Assembly (NCBI GenBank): GCA_041653955.1
Contig: JBAZEH010000002.1
Span: forward strand, 24,380-88,379
DNA: 64,000 bases
DNA from: Candidatus Omnitrophota bacterium
GTDB lineage: Bacteria > Omnitrophota > Gorgyraeia > Gygaellales > Profunditerraquicolaceae
Reading direction: 5' to 3'
The translations under genes were made by a program, and so were the position numbers. A model generated the notes under the pieces. That model did not search any database, had not been told where the DNA came from, and saw only the letters and a program-made list of their open reading frames with translations. This document shows positions 45,857-55,685 of this stretch, in pieces; the first letter of the stretch is position 1, and the number at the start of each line of letters is the position of its first letter.

Positions 45857-48058
45857 ATGGAAGAAGCGGATACTTTGGTCTTGGAGATATTAAGGCAGGA
45901 CGGCGCGCTTGCGATGAGTATCATGGAAGGCGATGGGCTCGTCCAGACCGTAAAACACTACAGCAGCCTCACCGTATCATTCTCCGAAATAAATAAGATA
46001 TGCCGGGAAGTGATGTCTATAGTCAGCAGGGCCAGCAGGAAAGGCGCCCTGCTTTCTGATTATACGGATAACATTAAAAGGGCGGGGCAGATGCTATGGG
46101 ACCATCTGTTGACGCGCCAAGTCAAGGGTAAGCTGGCCTCGACAATGATCAAAGACCTCATTCTTTCCATAGACGAAGAGTTGATTAATATCCCGTGGGA
46201 ACTGCTTTATGACGGACAAGATTTTTTATGCTTAAAATTCAATCTGGGGAGGTTAGTCAGGACTAAAGAGCCGGTCGTAGTTAAGGCATACCGCAGCTTA
46301 AAGAGCGCCCCAAGGATGTTGATATTGGCTGACCCTACAGGAGACCTGAGGTCTGCCTACCTTGAAGGGCTGTATATAAAGAACCAGTTTGAACGCAAGA
46401 GGGGCCAGATAGGGGTAGATTTTAAATCCACCCGTATCGACGCGCTATATGTAAAGAAGAACTTGCGCGATTACGATATAGTGCATTTTGCCGGCCACTG
46501 CGAATATGACGAGGGTGATCCGCGGAATAGCGGATGGATCCTGAATGACGGAAGGTTCACTACGGCAGAAGTGCTCGCTTTAGGTGAAAGCCTTTCTTTT
46601 CCGAGCCTGATATTCTCTAATGCCTGTTATTCGGCAAAGGCCGCAGCCGGTACGGCAGAGGAGGATTACCACGAAAAAAACTATAGCCTCGCATCCGCGT
46701 TCCTGTTTTCCGGGGTCAGGCATTATATCGGCACTATATGGAAAGTGGAAGACCCCGTAAGCCTTTTCTTTGCCAAAGAATTCTACGCGCATCTGGTCAA
46801 AGGCGATTCTGTAGGCGAATGCATTCGCCTCTCACGCCTGAAGTTGATAAAGGAGTATGGTATCGGTGCCATATTATGGGCAAGTTACCTTCTTTACGGG
46901 GACCCTAATTTCGTATTGTTCAGGCGCAAGCCGCGTGCCGTGCCGTTTAAATTCAGGAGGGATATCTCTTCGTATAAGAGGGGGCTGGCAGGAGTTCTCA
47001 TTGCGCTTTTTGCCATATCCGCGGTTTTATTCCTGCATATCTGGTTGCCTGCGAGGAACCCTACGGCCATCTTTTCACTAATGAGATCCAGGAGATTATT
47101 CCTTAAAGGCGATAATCGGGAGGTTATCTCCATCTGCAGCGGGATCATAGAGAAAGAGCCTTCTTTCCTCGCGGTTTATCCGTTGATCGCGGATACGTAC
47201 GAGAGGCTGGGAGATAGGGGCAGCGCTTTGAGGTATTATTTTGATTACGCCCTTGCCAGCGAAAAGAAGAGGGATAAAAGGCATCTATCATCGGCTTATA
47301 TCGGTATCGCGTGGTGTTATCATCAACAAGGGGTACGCCAGGAGGCCCTTGATTTTTATAATAAGGCGGTCGCGTTAAGCAGGCAGACACGCGACAAATT
47401 GAATGAGGCTTCCGCCCTAAGAAAACTAGCGGTCTGGCATATAGATAAGGAGGATTACGATAAGGCGCTTGAGTTGCTGACAAAAAGCTCAGAGATCAAC
47501 CGTGAAAGAAAAGGCTCAAAAGAGCACGCTTACAATCTTGCCTGCGATTATTTTGATATGGGCCTGGTTTTTGCCAATAAGGATGATTATCCCGCGGCTA
47601 AGGAGTTTTATCATAAGAGCCGTGTTATATTCGAGAAGCTTAACCTGAGGAACGAATTAAGCGACTGTTATTTCAACATAGGAGAGATATGCTTTTTTGA
47701 GAAAGAATACCATAAGGCCCTTGATTATTATATGCGGGGGCTGAAGATAGAAGAATCGCAGGGGAACAGGCCGGGCCTGGCGAGCGGTTATAATATGATA
47801 GGCGAATTATACGCGCAGATGAACAACTTTGATGAGGCCGAAAGGTTCTTTGACCGTTCGATAATTATCTCCAGAAAAATAAATGCGCGCCCGGAATTGG
47901 CGTCCGCGTGCTATAATATGGGTATTCTTTATAAAAATAAAGGCAAGAAAAATAAGGCGCGGGATTACCTGAGGCAGGCGCAGGAGATATACCGGTTGAC
48001 GGATATATCCTGTTACGAGGAGATAAAAGAGGAGCTTATAAGCCTGGATAGCATATAG
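45857..48058 (+). CDS. CHAT-domain (caspase-like) protein with central TM helix and C-terminal TPR repeats
   Basis: Caspase-like His/Cys dyad in HFAGHCEYDEGD and IFSNACYS. TM GLAGVLIALFAISAVLFLHIWL. Six or more TPR-like repeats. Start 6 nt after the anti-sigma stop. Confidence 0.8.
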   Translation: MEEADTLVLEILRQDGALAMSIMEGDGLVQTVKHYSSLTVSFSEINKICREVMSIVSRASRKGALLSDYTDNIKRAGQMLWDHLLTRQVKGKLASTMIKDLILSIDEELINIPWELLYDGQDFLCLKFNLGRLVRTKEPVVVKAYRSLKSAPRMLILADPTGDLRSAYLEGLYIKNQFERKRGQIGVDFKSTRIDALYVKKNLRDYDIVHFAGHCEYDEGDPRNSGWILNDGRFTTAEVLALGESLSFPSLIFSNACYSAKAAAGTAEEDYHEKNYSLASAFLFSGVRHYIGTIWKVEDPVSLFFAKEFYAHLVKGDSVGECIRLSRLKLIKEYGIGAILWASYLLYGDPNFVLFRRKPRAVPFKFRRDISSYKRGLAGVLIALFAISAVLFLHIWLPARNPTAIFSLMRSRRLFLKGDNREVISICSGIIEKEPSFLAVYPLIADTYERLGDRGSALRYYFDYALASEKKRDKRHLSSAYIGIAWCYHQQGVRQEALDFYNKAVALSRQTRDKLNEASALRKLAVWHIDKEDYDKALELLTKSSEINRERKGSKEHAYNLACDYFDMGLVFANKDDYPAAKEFYHKSRVIFEKLNLRNELSDCYFNIGEICFFEKEYHKALDYYMRGLKIEESQGNRPGLASGYNMIGELYAQMNNFDEAERFFDRSIIISRKINARPELASACYNMGILYKNKGKKNKARDYLRQAQEIYRLTDISCYEEIKEELISLDSI

Positions 48059-48067
48059 GAGATTACT

Positions 48068-48631
48068 ATGAGGTATGTATCGCTGTTGATCGCGGTTTTA
48101 TTTTTATTGAATATCGCAGGCTGCTCTATTCCTGTGTCTTCAACCAGAAGCTCTTTATGCAGCTTTACGAAAGAGGAGAAGAGAAGTAAAAGTATGTTTA
48201 TGGCGAAGAGCGCGGTTACCGTTAAGGATTTCCGCGAGAACGAGGCATACGAGGAAGACATGGAAGGCCTTAAAGAAGATGTAGAGGAGTATATCTTGCT
48301 GCATCCTGAATTGAGCGAACAGGTAAAAAATGACTTGCGCCAGATAAAGGTAACGCGGGGGATGGGGGAAGAGGAAGTACTTTTATTATTAGGTAAACCG
48401 GATAAGATGATGCGGTCCGCGGCTAAAGGTAAATACGGGGCTTCGCAGGTGTGGATATATAAGATAAACAAGATACGGGCGTTCACCATATTCATCTTTC
48501 CGGTATTTTTCCCCCATGAAGCGTATTACCTGTATTTTAGAGATGGCGCCCTGGCTGAGATAGAAAGACATTCCCTTAAACAGACTGTCCAGCAGGGTAA
48601 AGATTCAATACCGGGAGAGAGAAGGAATTGA
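48068..48631 (+). CDS. hypothetical lipoprotein
   Basis: Lipobox LLNIAGCS. Confidence 0.5.
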   Translation: MRYVSLLIAVLFLLNIAGCSIPVSSTRSSLCSFTKEEKRSKSMFMAKSAVTVKDFRENEAYEEDMEGLKEDVEEYILLHPELSEQVKNDLRQIKVTRGMGEEEVLLLLGKPDKMMRSAAKGKYGASQVWIYKINKIRAFTIFIFPVFFPHEAYYLYFRDGALAEIERHSLKQTVQQGKDSIPGERRN

Positions 48632-48653
48632 TACCGTGAGCCGGGAGGATAAT

Positions 48654-49061
48654 ATGAAAGTAATACCGATCATCTGCCTGGCAGCGCTTCTTCTGCTATC
48701 GGCGGGAGATGTTTATGCCCAGAATCAATCACCGCAGCCCGAAGAGCAGGATGCTGTGATTGAGGCTACAGCCGGAGAATATTTTACTATCAATCTTGAG
48801 TCTAATCAGGTGCTGGGATTGAAATGGCGGCTCGCCAAGCCCATTGATCCGGATATGGTTAAACTCATAAACGTAAAGTTCCAACGGGCCACCGCCAGGA
48901 TATTGGCCATACCCGGAGAAGAGACCTGGAGATTCAGGGCAATGAAATCAGGTACGACGATTATACATTTAAAGTACACAAGCTCCTCTAATAGAAACGC
49001 CCCGCCCAAACAGGAGAAGATATTTACGATAAACGTAAAAGAACCTCCTAAATCAAAATAA
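48654..49061 (+). CDS. hypothetical secreted protein
   Basis: GGGAGGA RBS, ATG at 48654, signal peptide MKVIPIICLAALLLLSAGDVYA. Confidence 0.5.
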   Translation: MKVIPIICLAALLLLSAGDVYAQNQSPQPEEQDAVIEATAGEYFTINLESNQVLGLKWRLAKPIDPDMVKLINVKFQRATARILAIPGEETWRFRAMKSGTTIIHLKYTSSSNRNAPPKQEKIFTINVKEPPKSK

Positions 49062-49144
49062 AGGCCCAGGAACAACCCCCTGTATAAAAAATACCGTTAG
49101 ATCGGGCTTCTTCTTTCGTCTATTGTTCTTGAAAGGAGGAGTAA

Positions 49145-50704
49145 ATGAAAAAATATATTGTGTTTGGGGCAATAGCGGTTTTCTTTTGTTTTTGTGTGGG
49201 GTTTGAATGTTTGGCAGAGGAGTTGTCATGGCAGAATATCAGCAGGGAGAATATGGATTTGAGGGCACTCCTGGTGGATGCGGATAATCCGGCTAATATT
49301 TATATAGGGGCGTCCGGCAGGATTCTAAAAACAGCCGATAGCGGGGATATCTGGAGGAATGCGCTCTCGGTAAAAGGAGGAGACCCGCGCATAAACTTCT
49401 TATCTTTTGATTATGGCCGTAAAGATCATTTATACGCCGCTACGGGAAACGGGTTGTTTTATAGCCTCAACCGGGGAGACACCTGGAAGAGGATATTTAG
49501 AGGGAAGGATTATCTTGAGAGTGAGTGCACCTGCGTGGCAGTTTTACCGGGCATTATTTACCTTGGGACGAAAGGAGGGTTGTTTACCAGCCAGAACAGG
49601 GGCCGCAGCTGGCGTAAGGAACCGGGAGAATTAGGCAGCAGCCCGATCGCGGCTTTAGCGTCTGATTCAGGAGGGCCCGCGTATATCTATGCCGCTACTA
49701 CGAACAGCGTATTCATAAATAAACACCGCGGCGGGGCATGGGAGAAGGCTATTATCGGAGGGTTGTCCAGAAGAGATACTATTGAAACAGAAGGGGGAGA
49801 TGAATATAGCGATGAAGAGGAGTTATCTTCCGGCATAAGGCATATTGCCATTGACCCTCGTAATCCGGATTGCCTTTACGCCGCTACATCCGAGGGCATA
49901 TATAAAAGTTGCGACCGGGGGCGTGCCTGGGAGGCATTTGCGTCTTACGGGTTGCTTAATAAAGAAACAAGTTTTATCCTTTTTTCCGGCAGGGGGAGCC
50001 TTTATGCTATTAGCAGGGGAGGGATATTTGAGTATGGAGGGGGCCGCTGGCAAGAGTTATCGATCGGCCTGGCTGCGGAAAAGATAAGGTTTTTGGCTTC
50101 GGATAAACATAATAATTTATACGCCGCCTGCGATAGAGGGTTATTTAAGACAATACGGACCGGCTATATCCCCGCGGAAGGTACAATCTCATTATATTAT
50201 GAAGGTGAGCCCGGGATCCGGGATATCCAGAAGGCGGCTATTCAATACGCGGAGGTGGGCGCGAATAAGATAAAAGAGTGGAGAAGGCGCGCGGCCAGGA
50301 AGGGGATATTGCCGCGGCTTACCGTTGGATTAGACAGAAGCGCCACGGATCTCTGGCATTGGGAATCCGGCTCAAGCACAAAGGTTGAGGATGATATATT
50401 AAGGAAAGGGCGCGATGTTATAGAATGGGATATAACTTTAAGCTGGGATCTAAGCGAGCTTATATGGAGCAGCGAGCAAACTTCAATAGATGCGCGCTCG
50501 CGGCTGATGGTGCAGTTGCGCGAAGATATACTGGATGAGGTGACGAAATTATACTTTGAACGCATAAGGGTAAAGGTGGAGCTGGATAGCCTGTCTATTG
50601 AAGATAGAAAGAAGAGATTTGACAGGGAACTTAAATTGAAAGAGCTTACCGCCTCTCTTGACGGGCTTACAGGAGGATATTTTTCATCACGCATTATAGA
50701 CTAA
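49145..50704 (+). CDS. secreted beta-propeller-like protein (BNR/Ycf48-like repeats) with C-terminal coiled region
   Basis: Signal peptide. Repeated SxDxGxxW-like motifs: ADSGDIWRN, NRGDTWKRI, NRGRSWRKE, HRGGAWEKA, DRGRAWEAF. Confidence 0.6.
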   Translation: MKKYIVFGAIAVFFCFCVGFECLAEELSWQNISRENMDLRALLVDADNPANIYIGASGRILKTADSGDIWRNALSVKGGDPRINFLSFDYGRKDHLYAATGNGLFYSLNRGDTWKRIFRGKDYLESECTCVAVLPGIIYLGTKGGLFTSQNRGRSWRKEPGELGSSPIAALASDSGGPAYIYAATTNSVFINKHRGGAWEKAIIGGLSRRDTIETEGGDEYSDEEELSSGIRHIAIDPRNPDCLYAATSEGIYKSCDRGRAWEAFASYGLLNKETSFILFSGRGSLYAISRGGIFEYGGGRWQELSIGLAAEKIRFLASDKHNNLYAACDRGLFKTIRTGYIPAEGTISLYYEGEPGIRDIQKAAIQYAEVGANKIKEWRRRAARKGILPRLTVGLDRSATDLWHWESGSSTKVEDDILRKGRDVIEWDITLSWDLSELIWSSEQTSIDARSRLMVQLREDILDEVTKLYFERIRVKVELDSLSIEDRKKRFDRELKLKELTASLDGLTGGYFSSRIID

Positions 50705-50721
50705 GAACCGGGATACTTCTT

Positions 50722-50744
50722 GCTTTGGCTTAAGGAGTGTCCCT
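50722..50744. repeat. degenerate solo REP-like half-site related to the RAYT flanking repeats
   Basis: gctttggcttaaggagtgtccct versus agctttggctaaaagggtgtccct in IR-R. Confidence 0.4.
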
Positions 50745-50825
50745 TGAATATGGTTGAATTACGCGGCCCGATAGTCTATAATAGGTTATTAAATAACCCC
50801 AAAGGTAAGAAAGGAGCGGTAAGCT

Positions 50826-51752
50826 ATGTACAGTGATGATATAAAGCATATAATAGAGAATATTGAAAAAGTCATTGTCGGTAAGACCGAAACGGTGAAG
50901 CTTTTGCTTGTCGGGCTCCTTACCAAGGGGCATATTTTAATAGAAGATGTGCCCGGACTTGGAAAAACAACTCTTGCCCTTGCCCTTGCCAAATCAATAA
51001 GCGCTGATTTTAAGAGGATACAGTTTACTCCCGACCTTCTCCCTTCGGATGTATCCGGAGGTTTTGTCTATAGCCCCAAGACAGGGGAATTTGATTTTAA
51101 GAAGGGGCCGGTTTTTACGAATATACTTTTAGCCGATGAGATCAACAGGACTACCCCCCGGACGCAGTCGGCGCTGCTTGAATGCATGCAGGAGTATAAT
51201 GTCTCTTTGGACGGGAAGACATTCGCCCTGCCCAATCCCTTCATAGTGGTCGCTACCCAGAATCCCATAGAATATCAGGGGACCTACCCTTTGCCTGAAG
51301 CCCAGATAGACAGGTTCTCAATGAAGATAAGCATGGGGTATCTGCGCGCCGAGGAGGAAGTGAAGGTTATATCGGGGCAAAAGGTGCAGCATCCTATTGA
51401 AGGCCTGCAGCCGGCGATGACGCTTGAGAAAGTTTTACAACTGCAGGAAGAAGTAAAGAAGGTCCAGGTTTCGGCTAACGTTATGGATTATATCGTGAAA
51501 CTCGTTTCCGGTACCCGCAACAGAGAAGAGGTAAAATTAGGAGCCAGCCCCCGCGCCTCTATCGCTCTTATGAAGGCAAGTTCAGCGTGGGCCCTGCTTG
51601 AAGGAAGGGATTACGTTATCCCGGAAGACGTGGTGAACCTTCTTCCCTGGGTATTGAAGCACAGGATAATATTACAGCCTAAAGCGTTGATCGCCGGCAA
51701 AAGCCCGGAATCTGTGGTTTCTGATCTCTTAAAAGTCACTCCCATCCCTTAA
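50826..51752 (+). CDS. MoxR-family AAA+ ATPase
   Basis: Walker A GLGKTT, Walker B LLADEINR, sensor regions. Confidence 0.85.
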   Translation: MYSDDIKHIIENIEKVIVGKTETVKLLLVGLLTKGHILIEDVPGLGKTTLALALAKSISADFKRIQFTPDLLPSDVSGGFVYSPKTGEFDFKKGPVFTNILLADEINRTTPRTQSALLECMQEYNVSLDGKTFALPNPFIVVATQNPIEYQGTYPLPEAQIDRFSMKISMGYLRAEEEVKVISGQKVQHPIEGLQPAMTLEKVLQLQEEVKKVQVSANVMDYIVKLVSGTRNREEVKLGASPRASIALMKASSAWALLEGRDYVIPEDVVNLLPWVLKHRIILQPKALIAGKSPESVVSDLLKVTPIP

Positions 51753-51761
51753 AAAGCGGAT

Positions 51762-52997
51762 ATGCTTAAGATATACCTTAAAAGGTGGCTCTTCCTTTTT
51801 ATCCTCATTATATCCAACCTGCTTATAGCGCTTCGCACATCATTGAATTTCTTTTTCATGTTTTTCTGGTTCCTGGTTTCCCTGGTATTTATCAGCCTGG
51901 GGTGGATTGCCATAGAATATTTCGGGATAAGCCTCTTTTTGTCAAGAAGGACCACTACCAAGCTGGAAGAAGATGATATAGTAGAAATAGAGACTGTAAT
52001 TAAGAATAAAAGTTTACTGCCGTTATTTAATTTTATCCTGGAGGACCATCTTACCTGCGCTGCTACCGGGGAAAAGAGGCATAGATCTTTGTTAGAGTAT
52101 GTCGCGCCCCGTTCAACGGTTACCTTGAACTACCGCTGCCAGTGCCCGAAAAGGGGCAGGTATGAAATAGGCCCTTTTGATATTTATCTTTTTGACCCAT
52201 GGGGCCTCTTTTTTATAAAGAAGACGTTCTTTGTGTATTCCGAGTTATACGTATATCCGCGTACTTTCAATATACCCAAATTTCCCGCCTTGGCGAAAGG
52301 GACCGCTCCCTGGTACGGGATAGAGACCAGCCGCGTAAGCGGTGATGACCATGAATTTTATGGTATCAGGGAATATAAGCCGGGAGACCCGATAAAAAGG
52401 ATACACTGGTTCTCCAGCGCCCGCCAGAACAAACTGATAGTTAAGCAGTTCCAGCACCAGGTATTTTTCAGGGCGACCGTCATCTTTAACCTTAACAAAG
52501 ACAGGAACTATGGGGAAGGAAAGGACAGCGTAGCGGAATACATCATCAAGATAGCCGCTTCCGTAGTTAAATATTTTATTGACCGTAACGTCTCCGTGGA
52601 ACTCATAGCGCATATAGGGGAAACGGTCCATATTCCTTTTAATAAGGGGCCGGAGCACCTTGAGGATATCTTCAGGCTTCTGACCATAGCCGAGGCGGAG
52701 AGCAGGGTCGGGCTGGATGAGTTATTCCAGGAATTCGCACCTTATATACCTAATGATTCCAGCTTGATCGCGATAGTGCCGGATGAAGACTGGGAGTTTT
52801 TATCCGCGATGTTATCATTGAGAGTCAGGAATGTTTCGCTGATACCGCTGATATTGAACTCTTCTTCGTTCCTGCGCCCTTCCCAGATAGACAGGGACAG
52901 GGGGCCTTCGCAGATAAAATCTTCGCAGGCGTTTGACGCCGCGCCCATATTCTTCTCTCGCGGCGATAACCTGGGGCAGGTTTTTCTTAAATATTAA
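51762..52997 (+). CDS. DUF58-family protein (MoxR partner), N-terminal TM
   Basis: Position after MoxR. Conserved DUF58 region DHEFYGIREYKPGDPIKRIHW. Confidence 0.7.
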   Translation: MLKIYLKRWLFLFILIISNLLIALRTSLNFFFMFFWFLVSLVFISLGWIAIEYFGISLFLSRRTTTKLEEDDIVEIETVIKNKSLLPLFNFILEDHLTCAATGEKRHRSLLEYVAPRSTVTLNYRCQCPKRGRYEIGPFDIYLFDPWGLFFIKKTFFVYSELYVYPRTFNIPKFPALAKGTAPWYGIETSRVSGDDHEFYGIREYKPGDPIKRIHWFSSARQNKLIVKQFQHQVFFRATVIFNLNKDRNYGEGKDSVAEYIIKIAASVVKYFIDRNVSVELIAHIGETVHIPFNKGPEHLEDIFRLLTIAEAESRVGLDELFQEFAPYIPNDSSLIAIVPDEDWEFLSAMLSLRVRNVSLIPLILNSSSFLRPSQIDRDRGPSQIKSSQAFDAAPIFFSRGDNLGQVFLKY

Positions 52998-55685
52998 ATG
53001 AAAGAAAAAGACCGTTATCTGTTACCGGAGATATTATTTACCTTTCTTCTTATAGAGTCGGTGATCCTTCTCTTCGGAGAGATCATCCATCCTTACGGCG
53101 CGTACCTCTCTCTTGGGTTGATGGGCGGTTTTGCTATCAGCTGGTTTATACGTAATATGCATGTCCCCCTGACCAGGATTAGCGTGAATATCGCTATCCT
53201 GGGGGTTTTCGCCTGGATAGTATATTCGCTGGTAAACTCATCTTTTCTTTATAGAGAGATCATCGCCATATTTATACGAGGGCTGTTTATTATAGAGATC
53301 ATCTTAAGCCTTAATATCCGCTATGCCTCCTTCCTTACATATATCCAGGTCTTAAGCGTCCCTTTATTTATGTGTTTTCCCATATTTGTCAGTGATTACA
53401 ATGAAGGGCATATAGTATTAGTTTTATCTTATATTATTTTCTGGATAATAATACTGAAGATAAAATTCTACGCGTTTGTCAAGGTGCATGAAGAAAAAAG
53501 GATCGGCAGGTACGCGCACCTGTTTGTTTTCGCGTTGATCCTTTTAATTATTTTATCTCTGGCCTGGTTTCTTTTTAAACGCACTGCGCTAAGCGGGATC
53601 GAAAAAGGGGGAGTGCTTTTTGAGGAACACATAGGATCGCAGGCGCAGGGCGATCTGCTGGAGAAGGAGTATTACAGCCTTCAGGACCAGATACAGAAAG
53701 AGATATCGGATATGATACCCGGCCTTGATTTTCAGGAAGACAGGCAGGAGACTCTCACGCTGCTTAGTTTGCTGATAAAGGAATCTCCGACTATTGCCGA
53801 GGTCCGCAAGGCAAGGCTTGGGCTTATCAGCCGCCTGAGGGAGCCGGGGCCAGGATTAGAGAAGGCAAAAGGCGAAGAGATAACCGATGCCATACAGAAA
53901 TACGTAGAAAAAAAGATCCGGTTTAATATGAAAAGGACCACTGATAATATAGCGGATAACCTTAAAAAGAATAGATTCAACCTGGCGGATATATTCTCTG
54001 TTTCGGAGAAGATGAACAAGATGCAAAATGCCAAATCAAGGGAAGAGATAAGAAAATATGCCGGGGAGATGAAGGATATTATTAACGCCTCTTCCGCGGG
54101 GGACCAGCCTAAGAGAGAGTTGTGTAAACTCATAGAGAAACTTAAAGATTGGAAAACATTTGATACCTATCGCAATAAGGCGGACGCTTTGGATAAAAGA
54201 GCCGATACTATGGATGAACGGCCAGGGGAAGAGTTAAGAGACCTGCTTTCACAGATCGGGAATGCGGAGCGTTCTTCAGAGTTAAAAGAAACGGAAAAGA
54301 ACGCGGAGAAGTTCAAGGGAGGGCTTTCGCTTAAAGATAAAGACGCATCCGATAAGGCAAGTGAGCTCCTGGGCCTTAAGTCGGATATGGCGCTATCCGA
54401 TAAGGCCGGGCTGCTCAAAGATGAGATAAAAGACCTTAAGATACCAGATGATTCCCGTCAGGAACTGGAAGAGCGGGTAGAAGGCATTAGAGACGCGGAT
54501 GGTCATCGCAAGTTTTCCGAAGAATTATCGGGATACCAGGACAAGATAGATGAAAACAGGGTGGATATCCCGGCGGAAACGGAGGAGTTGTTAGATATAA
54601 AAGCCCACCTTCTTTTTAACGCCAAGAAAGAGGATATCAGGGGGGAACTTCAAAAAAGCAATCTGCCTGATAAGGGGGAGCGTTTTATGGGAGACCTGGA
54701 AAAGCTTGAGGAAGCCGAAGAGATAGACAAGCTGGTTTCAGATACCGATAAATTAAAGGGGCAGATAAGAGAGATGTCGGAACAGGGGCTTATTTCAAAG
54801 TTATCCACAGACAAGCTGATACGGGATATGGGCGAGATCGCAGAGATATTGTTATCTAAATTGAAGGCAGGCGAGATCTCCAAAGAAGGCAGGAAGGGGC
54901 GGGATAGGCGCATGAGCGCCGATTACCGCGATGAGCTTATCAGGTCTATTGAAGAATCTTCTTTGGATACGGATAAAAAAGAAACCTTAAAACAGCTCGC
55001 GCAGGCATTGGATAACGCGCAAAATATTTCTCAGCTTGAAAGTGTAAGGGAGATGACGGATAAGGAGCTTAAAGAATTACCCTCGGAGAAAACAAAGAGG
55101 GATGATATTGAGAAGATCAGGGGATCCTTTGAGAGTTCCTTTAAAACGAAGAGTATATTTATGACTGAAGAGAATCTTGCCGCTTTGAGAGAAAAAACGA
55201 ACGAGTTGCGCGAAATTAATCCCCAGGCGGCGGAAAAGATCGAGGCGGAATTAATGAAAATAAGGGATAGCCGTACCGCCGAAGAATTGAAGAAGCGCGT
55301 AGACGGATTTAAGGAACTCATGGATTCCCGGGAGCAGGAGTTGAAGGAACAGGTAAAGGAGCAAAAGAAAGAGGAGGGGGATCCGCAGATATATATCCTG
55401 CCTGTTAACCCGGTTATGCCCCCGGGTTCTTCGCTTACTTTAGCGGCGGTAGCCGTTTATAATAAGACATTTATCAAGGCGCTCGTTCCGGAAGCCAAAT
55501 GGTTTTCTTCCCAGCCGCATATCGCCTGGGTGGATAATTCGGGCACGATACACACTATGGCGAAAGGAAGCACGCAAATATACGCCAGATACGGCGGCAA
55601 AGAAAGCCAAAAGGTGCAAGTTACGGTTGTAGATAGTATAGACGAACAAATAAGCAAGGCAGTAGAGAGGGCACTTGTAAGATAA
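52998..55685 (+). CDS. large membrane protein: N-terminal multi-TM domain, long K/E-rich coiled-coil, C-terminal Big_2 Ig-like domain
   Basis: Seven or more hydrophobic helices in the first 200 aa. About 550 aa of charged repeats. The C-terminus KGSTQIYARYGGKESQKVQVTVVD is Big_2-like. Confidence 0.6.
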   Translation: MKEKDRYLLPEILFTFLLIESVILLFGEIIHPYGAYLSLGLMGGFAISWFIRNMHVPLTRISVNIAILGVFAWIVYSLVNSSFLYREIIAIFIRGLFIIEIILSLNIRYASFLTYIQVLSVPLFMCFPIFVSDYNEGHIVLVLSYIIFWIIILKIKFYAFVKVHEEKRIGRYAHLFVFALILLIILSLAWFLFKRTALSGIEKGGVLFEEHIGSQAQGDLLEKEYYSLQDQIQKEISDMIPGLDFQEDRQETLTLLSLLIKESPTIAEVRKARLGLISRLREPGPGLEKAKGEEITDAIQKYVEKKIRFNMKRTTDNIADNLKKNRFNLADIFSVSEKMNKMQNAKSREEIRKYAGEMKDIINASSAGDQPKRELCKLIEKLKDWKTFDTYRNKADALDKRADTMDERPGEELRDLLSQIGNAERSSELKETEKNAEKFKGGLSLKDKDASDKASELLGLKSDMALSDKAGLLKDEIKDLKIPDDSRQELEERVEGIRDADGHRKFSEELSGYQDKIDENRVDIPAETEELLDIKAHLLFNAKKEDIRGELQKSNLPDKGERFMGDLEKLEEAEEIDKLVSDTDKLKGQIREMSEQGLISKLSTDKLIRDMGEIAEILLSKLKAGEISKEGRKGRDRRMSADYRDELIRSIEESSLDTDKKETLKQLAQALDNAQNISQLESVREMTDKELKELPSEKTKRDDIEKIRGSFESSFKTKSIFMTEENLAALREKTNELREINPQAAEKIEAELMKIRDSRTAEELKKRVDGFKELMDSREQELKEQVKEQKKEEGDPQIYILPVNPVMPPGSSLTLAAVAVYNKTFIKALVPEAKWFSSQPHIAWVDNSGTIHTMAKGSTQIYARYGGKESQKVQVTVVDSIDEQISKAVERALVR

